Source: Welwitschia mirabilis (Eukaryota). From it: a stretch of 20,000 nucleotides of DNA. Position 1 is the first letter of the stretch. Each line of letters starts with the position of its first letter. Of this stretch, positions 11,447-20,000 are shown in pieces. The stretch covers positions 49,256,953 to 49,276,952 of the forward strand of contig JBOZIK010000001.1 in NCBI GenBank assembly GCA_051453625.1. The letters are read 5' to 3'. Under the pieces are notes generated by a model, which searched no databases, had not been told where the DNA came from, and saw only the letters and a list, made by a program, of their open reading frames with translations. The translations under genes were made by a program, and so were the position numbers.

Positions 11447-14400
11447 ATGAGTAATCCTTTAGATGGTTTTTCTATTAATCATCCATTCATGTTTGATGGG
11501 TTAAACTATATCTACTAGAAAGCTTGTATGAGAATTTTCTCAAATCCCTAGATGTAGCCATAGAGAAGCTCATTTACAATAGTTACATTATGCCCACTCT
11601 GACTAAAGCCAATGCCCATGAAAACACTATTATAATAGCAAAAACTCAAGATTAATGAACCCCCACTGAGAGATCCAAATATACCATAGACACTATGCTC
11701 TTAATACAATTTTTTATGTAGTTTGTATAAATGAGTTTAAATGAATTGTAAACTATAAGCATGCAAAAGAAGCTTAGGACATCATTGAAATAGCACACGA
11801 AGGGACATCCACTGTTAAGTAGATCAAACTCTAAATACTTGTTTCCAAATTCGAAGATATTCATATGGATGAGGAGAAGACAATATAAGAGTTCTTTACC
11901 AGATTAACAGATATCATGAATTCTATGGTAAGCCTAGATGAAAGAATGAAAGAAGTAAAAATGGTTTGAAAAGTATTAAGATCTCTTCTAAAAGGGTTTA
12001 AGCTAAAAATTACTAACATTAAAGAAAGTAAGAATATTAACTAAATGGCACTTGAGGAACTGTAAGGTAATTTACAAACTTAGGAATTGAAATTTACTAA
12101 AGATAGAAAGAAAGATATTGCTTTGAAATATGTGCAGGAAGAATACAAATCATAAAAATCAGATGAAAATCTAAATAATATTGAAGTTGTCCTTCTGGCA
12201 AAGAGATTCAAGAAATTTTTACACAGAAGAAAGAAAGAAGATGAGTCAAGAAGAGGATCAAAAAGAGGTCATTCCAAGTTTATAAAAGATCAAGACAAAG
12301 GGAAGAAGATCCAATGTTATGCTTGTAAAGATTATGAACACATTCCAAATAAGTGTCCAAACAATAAAAGAGATCAAAGAAAGTTAAAAAAAATCTTGTT
12401 TCATTACTACATGGGACAATGTAAATGAAGAAGATGATAGTAACTCTAGCCAAGAATTAGATAAAGATCAAAGGCTTTCATTCATGGTAATAATTCCTCA
12501 CCTAAAGAACTTACTTTACTTATCTAAACTTAATAATTTATATCTCATTAAAGAAGATCAAAATGATCTTAAAGACACCTACCAAGAACTTTATATAGAG
12601 TGTGAAAAATTGGTGAAATGAATTAATGATTTAAATGAAATAGTAAAAGCTATAACCAAAGGAAAAAGATGAATTGAAAACCAAGTATAAGATGGTCAAA
12701 TCTAAAAATTATAAACTTTCTCTAGAGGTAAAAAGCTTGTCACATTTTGTTAGTAAATTTTCAAGTAGTTTAAATCAGTTAGAATAAATGCTTGGAATAT
12801 AGAAACTAGCTCATGATAAGATAGGTATTGAATTTATCCCTCAAAGTCCATGAAATCAGTAAAATCAGATATCATGGCAAAATAGTCTTGTTTCTAAAGT
12901 TATATGTTATTTTTGTGGTAAGTGTGGTTATTCCATGTTATTTTGTAATGCTAGAAAATTAATGTTATTTTTAAATTCTATAAGTACCTATTATTTCAAA
13001 TTTGTTCTAAGAGGAGGTATACCACATCAATCCAAAAAGACTAAGTTGGTAAGAATAATTTAAAAATTCTTTTACTCAAACAATTCTCAAGGTATCAAAT
13101 GGAACTAGTTGGTACTTGAATAGTGGCTACTCTTGATACATGATGAGAGACAAGTCAAAATTCAAATAGCTGGATGATTTTAATGGAGGTAAAGTTACTT
13201 TTAGTGATAATGAAAGAGCCAAGATTGAAGGAATTGAAAGAATTGATGGAGGTAACTTACCTAAAATAAATGAAGTTCTATTTATTAATGGTTTAAAGCA
13301 TAACTTACTTAGCATTAGTCAATTTTATGATAAAGAACATAAAGTTGTTTTCAATAGCATAAAATGAGCAGTTAGACATGATGAAATAAATGATGTTATT
13401 CTTAAAGCAAATAGAATAGATAATATATATAGCATCAATCAATCTTTTTTTGCTTGTTATTTTTTTCATGTAAACTAAAAAGAGATTTAGCATTAACATT
13501 TTGGTCACATTAATTATGATTATTTAAAAATGATTATTAAAAAAGAGATCATAAAAGAAATCCTAAAAATTAAAATTAAAAACCATGGTCTTTGTAATGC
13601 ATGCCAAAAAGAAAATCAACTAAACCTCATACAAAAGCAAAAATCAAGTTTCCACAATAATGCCTTTAAAGCTTATTCATATGGATTTAGTAGGTCCAGC
13701 CCAAACACAAATTTTAGAATGAAAATGCTATTGTTTAACTATGGTTAATAACTACTCAAGATATACTTGGGTTTCCTTTCTCGTAAATAAATCCAAAATG
13801 TATAAACATCGGGTTGAAATATGTAACAAAATTCAAAACAAAAAAGGTTATATGATTAAGAAGATTAGAAGCGATCATGAAGAAGAGTCTGAAGATCATT
13901 TGTTTAAAAAATATTGTGTTGATAGTAGTATTGAAAATCAACTATTAGCCCCTAAACTTCCTCAACAAAATGAAATTTCAAGAGAAAAAAACCAAGTCCT
14001 TTAAGAAATGATAAGAACGATGTTGAATGACAAAGAGGTTCCAAAAACGTTTTGGACTAAAGCTATAAGCACTGGTTGTTACATCATAAATAGAGTTTAC
14101 CTTAGACCGAGAATGGATACAACTCTTTATGAGCTTTAGAAAGGAAGATAATCAAACGTTTCATACTTTAAAGTCTTTGGGAGTAAGTGCTTTGTATTAA
14201 AGAATAGAAAAAACTTAAGTAAATTTGAATCAAAGGATAATAAAGCGATTTGGGGTACTCCGATACAAGTAAAGCTTATCACGTTTTCAATAAGAGAAAC
14301 CTAACCGTGAAAGAATTAATAAATGTGTAAATAGATGATGTTAGCACTAGACCTCTTTCTTTAAATGATGAAGAAAACTTATCTCTAAGCACTTCCACAA

Positions 14401-14940
14401 TAAAATAAAGCTCAACTCAAAAAGAAGAAGTGCCAACTAAAAAACTCACTACTAAAAAGTTAAAAGAGTTGAAAGATCATTCTGTAGGATTTATGATTAG
14501 AGAATTTGGCTCAAATATTAGAACAAGAAAATCTATAAATAATTTTTGTGCTCACATTTATTATATCTCACAAGTTAAACCTAAGAAATTTGTAAAGGCA
14601 GGATCCCATGAAGAGTAGATGATGGTCATGCAAGATGACTTGTAATAATTCAAAAGGAATGATGTATGAAAGCTTGTTAGAATATGAAAGGAAAAGATGT
14701 TATTAGAATAAAGTAGATTTTCAAAAACAAATATGAGAGCAAAACAATGTTATCAAGAACAAAGTAAGATTAGTAATAAAAGGATATAACCAAATTAAAG
14801 GTATTGATGTGGGATAAACATTTGCTCCTGTAGCAAGGCTAGGTAGCATTAGAATGTTTTTAACTTATGCAACATTTAAGAATATTAAAGTTTATCAAAT
14901 GGCCTTTTTAAATAAATCCCTTAACAAAGAAGTGTATGTG
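11447..14940 (+). pseudogene. gag-pol pseudogene of element D
   Basis: MSNPLDGFSINHPFMFDGLNYIY*KACMRIF (11447), EIAHEGTSTVK*IKL (11790), knuckle 1 QCYACKDYEHIPNKCPN (12312-12362), knuckle 2 ICYFCGKCGYSMLFC (12902-12946), protease WYLNSGYS*YMMRD (13110), CNACQK (13593), integrase NNYSRYTWVSFL...KIRSDH...PQQNEISR (ORF 13741), and RT FAPVARLGSIRMFL...VYQM-AFLN...EVYV ending at 14940. Confidence 0.93.
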
Positions 14941-15996
14941 TGTTGCACTACCAATTTACACTTATTTGATAGGTTTTATAAGTTGTTTTGTAGACTTTTA
15001 TAGAGGTTTAGGTGCAATTCTGAAGATTTTGGAGATACAAGAGGAAATCTCAGAAAAGTGTAGTTATTCTCCAAATTTAATGCATTAAAGTTATTTTATG
15101 ATGAACGCAACTTTTCATAATAAAATGGCTAAGTTTTTCCTTAAGAAAATCATTAAGGAAGACTATCATCCTCTCCGTCATCTACATAATAGATAGGACG
15201 ATGACTACTTATGTGGACTACTAAGTTATCACTTTTGAAGATATTTTATAATGTTCTATCATCCCTCATGTCATTCGGATGATAGCTTGGATGACACTGA
15301 CATGTAACTGTCACTGACAAATTCCCTCAGCCATTTTGTCTATTTCTGATCCCTTAATGAGCATGTGTAACTGCACCTTCTTTTGTCCATTTCTGTTATA
15401 TTTTCTTACAAAAAAGTCCTCCTTTATCTCTTCTTCTTATCTTTAATGCACTAGAGATTCTTGTGATAGGAGAGAAAAGGGCGAGAGATCTATCTTGAGT
15501 GTTGCAGAAAGACGAGCACTGGTGGGCTGAGTATCTTCCATTGAGATCCAGCTATTTTGTAACCCGGATATTATTACTCTTTAATATAAATCTTGGTTTT
15601 ATTTCATGTTTGCATGTTAGGTCTCTTATGTCCCTTATAGTCTAATGTTACCCTTGATCTAGTGATAATTTTTTAGGTGATATAGATTATAAAGGGCAGC
15701 CTTCTATTAAGGCTGAAAGCAAGTAGGATTAGGATCATTTTGAATTACATGTTAGTTTAGATTGCATCTTGCACTTTTTATGATAGTTTATTTTCTTGAA
15801 TTGTTCTCTTTTATTTTTGGTTTCTCAGTTAATTTGCAAAAGCAACCTGAGTCTTATGCTGGTAAACTTTAATGAGATATGACATTTTGGGTTACTTTCA
15901 TTATATTAGTGTGATGTATTATGTGAGAAGATTATTTATTTTATTATTGATAGAATCCTTTGAGCTTAAGCACTCGCACAAATACACACTATAACA
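14941..15996 (+). repeat. 5' LTR of element E (1056 bp)
   Basis: Starts TGTTG exactly where the RT frame of D breaks and ends TAACA (imperfect terminal inverted repeat) 3 nt before the PBS. Confidence 0.85.
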
Positions 15997-15999
15997 AAT

Positions 16000-16017
16000 T
16001 GGCGTCATTGTCGAGGA
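16000..16017 (+). other. Primer-binding site (tRNA-Asp type, Athila-like) of element E
   Basis: TGGCGTCATTGTCGAGGA differs from the common Athila PBS TGGCGCCGTTGCCGGGGA only by C>T and G>A transitions. Confidence 0.85.
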
Positions 16018-16134
16018 AGGCTATTAAGAAATACAATGGTTGTCATCATTCGATTTAGTATATAGGACTTCTGTTTGGTTATTTATCTATAGTGATGTTG
16101 TATTTTTGTTAGGAATTACAGGTTTTCTATTTGT

Positions 16135-16400
16135 GGTTTTTTTTTTCTTTCTCAATTTTTATTTTTTTGATTTTTCAGTTTTTTGGTTCTTGGTTTTTAT
16201 CTTTTTGGTTTTTTAGTTTTTATTTTTTCAGTTTTTTAGTTTTTCGATTCTTGGTTTTTATCTTTTTCGTTTTTTGGTTTTTTAATTCTCAGTTTTTATC
16301 TTTTTGGTTTTTCTGCTTTTTTTGGTTCTTAGTTTTTATTTTATTTCATTTTTTTTTCTTTTACCATTTTTTAGTTTTAGTTTTAAGTTTTGATTTTTTG
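16135..16400 (+). repeat. T-rich degenerate tandem repeat / low-complexity tract in the leader of E
   Basis: Recurrent (CTTG)GTTTTTATCTTTTT and TTTTAGTTTT units, for example at 16189, 16250, 16292 and 16328. Confidence 0.8.
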
Positions 16401-17689
16401 TAGAAAAATAGTGATCGTCTTTTCGGTTGTCCCCACGACAAATAAGACAATGGTGTGTAATTTCAGTTTTCTATTTTATTTTTAGTTTTAGTTTTGGATT
16501 ATGATTTTTCTACAATAATTTAGTTTCTGTCATCTCCTATGATGTTTGGATGACTAGGTGGATGATAGTCCTTTTTTTTGTATTTTTTGCTTTCGGTTTT
16601 TAATTTTCTATTTATGTTTCTATTTTCTGGTGTTCTGTGTGTGTTATCCCTTCTATCGTTCCCACGACAATAGGATGATAGTGTTGTTTTTCATTTGTTT
16701 TCCATTGTTTTTTATTTGTACATATTGTGCAGTCAGTTCAAAGAAAGACTTACAAGAGAAAAAAGGGATGCTGACAAAAGAAAGGTATTTAAGAAGGACA
16801 GGAATACAAACTCTAGGTACATACATTATTTTTCCAAGCTCATTTTATTTTTATCATCTTTAAGCATCTACCTTCATCTTCAACTAAAGATTGTCTTCCT
16901 CTCATTCTTCTAAAATTAATAGTGATAGAATTACCCGTATCCAAACTCTTGGAAAGTGTAAAAAATACCTTGAGGAAAATAGTTAAAAAACAATTAGGAA
17001 ACTTATTATTAAATTAAAAAAAAAGAATCTGATAATGAAATTAAGAAAACAGTTGGGGAACTTATTACTGAGAAAAGAAGAAGAGAATCTGAGGAAAATG
17101 ATAAGAACACTTAGAGAGCTTTTTGCAAAAAAAATGGAGACCAACACAAAGCAATGTTGAGAGTAGGGATAGGGCCCATTTCTCTTTTTAATCACCTTAT
17201 TATTTCTCCTTTTCTTTTCATAGAACTAATAAAGAAAATCTTAGGTATTCAACCTTATGCAATCAGTTTTACCCATTTCATCCATTCCCCATGAAATAAT
17301 ATGAAGTAAAAAATGATCTAATAGGAGAATTGAGGGATACCAAAAATAGATTAGAAAATATGATCATAAATCTTCAATAAAATCTCTTATCTCTTCAAAT
17401 AAAAAATCCTCAAACCTATTATTCTACATATTACCTTGACGAAAATGAAAACAACTTAGGAATAAATAATTATAATTCTTACTTCTAAGTTGAGAATAAA
17501 ATTTTAGATTAAACTTCATCATTCCACTCATTAAGAGATGAGCAAAGAAGAGATAATGACAACTTGACTACATCTCTCAACAATGAAGAAGAGGATGGCT
17601 ATTTTAATGGTGATGATGAGGAGTATATTTAAGAGTAAAACTATGATAAAAATGATGATCAAATTTCCCCTTCTAATGAAAAGAACAGC

Positions 17690-18400
17690 ATGCAACAAAA
17701 CGATGAAAATAGTGAAGAAGAAGAGGAAGATGACATTAAGATTTTAGATCATATTCCAAACTTTCATATGTTTTGTAAGGATGAAGGAGTTCCACCAATA
17801 TATGAGATTCAACTTTTAAAATTGATGGACAAAATCATTGAAATGAAATCAATGGAAAATCATCAACTCAACTCGAATGAGGATTATAATTTTGAGTTAA
17901 TGAAGTTATTTAAAAAAGGAGAGGAATCAAGCAAAAAATCATTAGAAGATATTTCATCAAAGAATGATAGCTTTCCTTTCTATAATATTTCTAATGATCT
18001 TTTTGAGAAGTCCACCAACTTGAAAAAGAGTAATAATCCTCAACAAAATAAAGAAGAACAAGAAATTATCAATCATAAAGAAGAGATAGATATAATTAAT
18101 GGAGAAAGAAACTCTCCAAATCACATTCTTCTTCTTAAAAGTAATGAACCACATCATCTTAACGACTTGAGTTCAAAAATCTTCCAACCTCTTTCTTTAA
18201 TAACTTCATATGCAAAAAATACTATCTTTTCCTCATTTGCAAAGACAACTTTACCATGTGCTTCCATTGATCATTCTTTTCCAAAACAAGATTTGGAATA
18301 TTTTGGAATTATTAATTGGGGAAAGCCATACCTTTTTTATCCTAATCCATATGTGAAAATAAATGTTAAAGAGCTTCTTAGGTATGTTAACCCATTTTAA
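17690..18400 (+). CDS. Element-borne acidic, N/E/K-rich ORF of unknown function (236 aa), likely the surviving 3' part of a longer decayed frame
   Basis: Longest stop-free ORF in the window. The same frame continues upstream to ~17222 with similar composition, interrupted only by TAA codons. No domain recognised. Confidence 0.4.
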   Translation: MQQNDENSEEEEEDDIKILDHIPNFHMFCKDEGVPPIYEIQLLKLMDKIIEMKSMENHQLNSNEDYNFELMKLFKKGEESSKKSLEDISSKNDSFPFYNISNDLFEKSTNLKKSNNPQQNKEEQEIINHKEEIDIINGERNSPNHILLLKSNEPHHLNDLSSKIFQPLSLITSYAKNTIFSSFAKTTLPCASIDHSFPKQDLEYFGIINWGKPYLFYPNPYVKINVKELLRYVNPF

Positions 18401-18525
18401 TCACTTATCCTAAGAAGTTTCTTATAAATCCTTGGATATTAAATAAAGCCATTCATGTTCAATATCAAGCCTTCAATGCAATTTATATTTTAAATCCTTT
18501 ATATTATGAGTTTAATAAAAGATTG

Positions 18526-18625
18526 NNNNNNNNNNNNNNNNNNNNNNNNNNNNNNNNNNNNNNNNNNNNNNNNNNNNNNNNNNNNNNNNNNNNNNNNNNN
18601 NNNNNNNNNNNNNNNNNNNNNNNNN
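18526..18625. other. Assembly gap (100 N placeholder)
   Basis: Run of exactly 100 N. Confidence 0.99.
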
Positions 18626-20000
18626 CGCACAAATACACATCGCAAAAAATTAGGACCATGGCCAAGGAAGGCTATCGAGGAGTATAAGGGTTATTGTCTT
18701 TCAGATAAGTATACCAGTTATTAGTTGGTGCAGTGTTGTATTTTATTAAGAGCTTTAAGTTTTCTGTGTACTATATTTTAATTTTGGTTTTTCAAATTTA
18801 GGTTTTCTATTAAAAAGTGTGGTCGCCCCCTCTATCGTCCCCATGACAGTCAAGATGACAGTGTGTTATTTTTGTTTTTAATTTTTATTTATGAATTTTT
18901 TATTTTCTCTATAATAAATTAGTTCTATAATCTTCTATGACATCTGAATGATCAAGTAGATGAGAGGTATTTTCTTATGTCTTCTACTTTTTAGTCTTAG
19001 TTCTGTTTCTATTTTCTCTGTGCATTGTCTCTTCTATCATTCAGATGACAAATAGGATAATAGTCTGTTATTTTTTTAATTTGTTTTCTGTTGTTTTCTA
19101 TTTGCAGGATGCTATGATATGGTTAATCTAGAGATAAAATATCTCAAAGAAAAATAGCTAATTAAAAAAAACCTCAAAGAATGACTAGTAAATATAGAAA
19201 AAGAGTTGGAAGAACAATCTCTAGATGCACTCCTTCTGAATTTATTTTTTCTGAATCTAATTTCCTTAACAAAAAACTAGTAGAAGTAGAGAACCAATCT
19301 ACAATGTCGAGTGCCTCCTATAAGTAAAAACAAGTAGTAAAATTTTCTATCCCTAATGCCAACCTCACCCTTAGAGAATTATTAGCCAATAAGGATAGAG
19401 AAATTCAAACACTATTTGACTTACCCTTGAGGGATGATGTAGAGCTCAAAAATTTACATGCTTACCCAACTTTTAGTAGAGAAGAGAATAGGATCCCATT
19501 AAACATAGTGAAAACATTGAATAACATATCCTCATCTAAGAAAATGGAAAGAAAAAAATAGCAGACAGAACATATAGTAATCTTTTCCATGACTTTAAAA
19601 GGTAGGGCAAAACTTTGGCTAAAAACTTTATCTCACAAAAACCTAAAAACATGGGATCAAGTCTAGAAAACCTTTATAAAAATATTCATGAGTGAAGAAA
19701 CTATAAGAAAAAGAAAAAGGGAGGTAACAAACTTTCAACAAAATTGAAATGAAGACTATCCCTCCCCATATTAGCATTTTTTTATAGCAGTCCACTCTAA
19801 TCTAGTAGATGCCTTTTCAAAAGTAGAACAACTAAACTATTTTTATAGTGGGCTAACTACACATATAAAACAACTTGTAGATTTTTCTTATAGAGAAAAC
19901 CTCATGAACCTTACTTTAGATGATGGATCGAAAAAATTAAAGAAACTTATGGAGGTTAGTAAAACATAGTCAATACCTAAAGAAAATCAAATGATAGGCC
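18626..20000 (+). mobile_element. Element F: second member of the E family (LTR 3' tip, degenerate PBS, leader, gag), Athila-type gypsy
   Basis: CGCACAAATACACA (18626) is identical to 15975-15988. It is followed by the PBS remnant TAGGACCATGGCCAAGGA (18651-18668) and AGGCTAT, as in E. The leader is colinear with that of E. Confidence 0.85.
19340..20000 (+). pseudogene. Decayed gypsy gag (Retrotrans_gag / PF03732-like) of element F
   Basis: One frame reads LTLRELLANK (19364), YPTFSREE, IFSMTLKGRAKLWLKTLSHKNLKTWDQV*KTFIKIF...REVTNFQQ (19580-19741) and QLNYFYSGL...KQLVD, matching the Athila-like pattern LFPFSLxDxAxxWLxxL...TW..L...F...FYNGL. In-frame stops are present. Confidence 0.85.

Larger units (their letters stand above)
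9977..14940 (+). mobile_element. Element D: decayed Sirevirus/Maximus-like Ty1/copia retrotransposon, interrupted inside RT
   Basis: LTR ending TTCA at 11380, PBS at 11383, and gag-PR-INT-RT motifs in copia order. Gag motifs are homologous to those of element A. Confidence 0.92.
14941..18525 (+). mobile_element. Element E: Athila-type Ty3/gypsy-related LTR element, probably non-autonomous, inserted in the RT of D; runs into an assembly gap
   Basis: TG...CA LTR, tRNA-Asp-type PBS, T-rich leader and RTLRELFA gag N-terminal motif (17104). The leader is homologous to that of F, which has a recognisable gypsy gag. Confidence 0.8.

Noticed and set aside
16131..16913. Phe-rich ORFs 16131..16403, 16558..16863 and 16695..16913 as membrane or env-like proteins
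   Set aside because: They are translations of T-rich low-complexity leader sequence, which lacks stop codons for compositional reasons. They also lie upstream of gag, not where env-like genes occur.
293..18157. Short antisense or off-frame ORFs (293, 1658, 7996, 11652, 13127, 13305, 13756, 16983, 17957)
   Set aside because: They are shadows of retrotransposon reading frames on the other strand or frame, with no recognisable motifs.
18506..18724. ORF spanning the N run
   Set aside because: Artefact of translating through the assembly gap.
1..20000. Fungal RIP as the cause of the AT-richness
   Set aside because: The element types (Sirevirus-like, Athila-like) point to a plant genome, and methylcytosine deamination explains the transitions. 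Context statistics were not computed.

Overview
Very AT-rich eukaryotic DNA, most likely plant intergenic or heterochromatic sequence, made almost entirely of decayed, nested LTR retrotransposons. I see no host gene, RNA gene or CRISPR array. Left to right: (A) 1-3368, minus strand, the 5' half of a Sirevirus/Maximus-type Ty1/copia (5' LTR, extended gag with two zinc knuckles, protease, start of integrase), apparently inserted into the gag of (B); (B) 3369-~6970, a decayed plus-strand copia (gag-INT-RT-RNase H, possible 3' LTR); (C) ~7090-9130, a separate copia INT-RT fragment; (D) ~9977-14940, a second Sirevirus-type copia related to A, with a 67-bp-period palindromic array in its LTR, a tRNA-iMet PBS and gag-PR-INT-RT, broken inside RT; (E) 14941-18525, an Athila-type Ty3/gypsy element (1056-bp LTR, tRNA-Asp PBS, T-rich leader with hairpin motifs) whose internal region carries an acidic ORF of unknown function instead of a gag capsid; a 100-N gap; (F) 18626-20000, a second member of the E family with a recognisable, decayed gag. 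All lineage calls come from motif recognition by eye, not database searches. The most interesting items are the LTR array in D, the hairpin motif family in E/F and the alternative ORF in E. I do not see convincing evidence of a new biological system.
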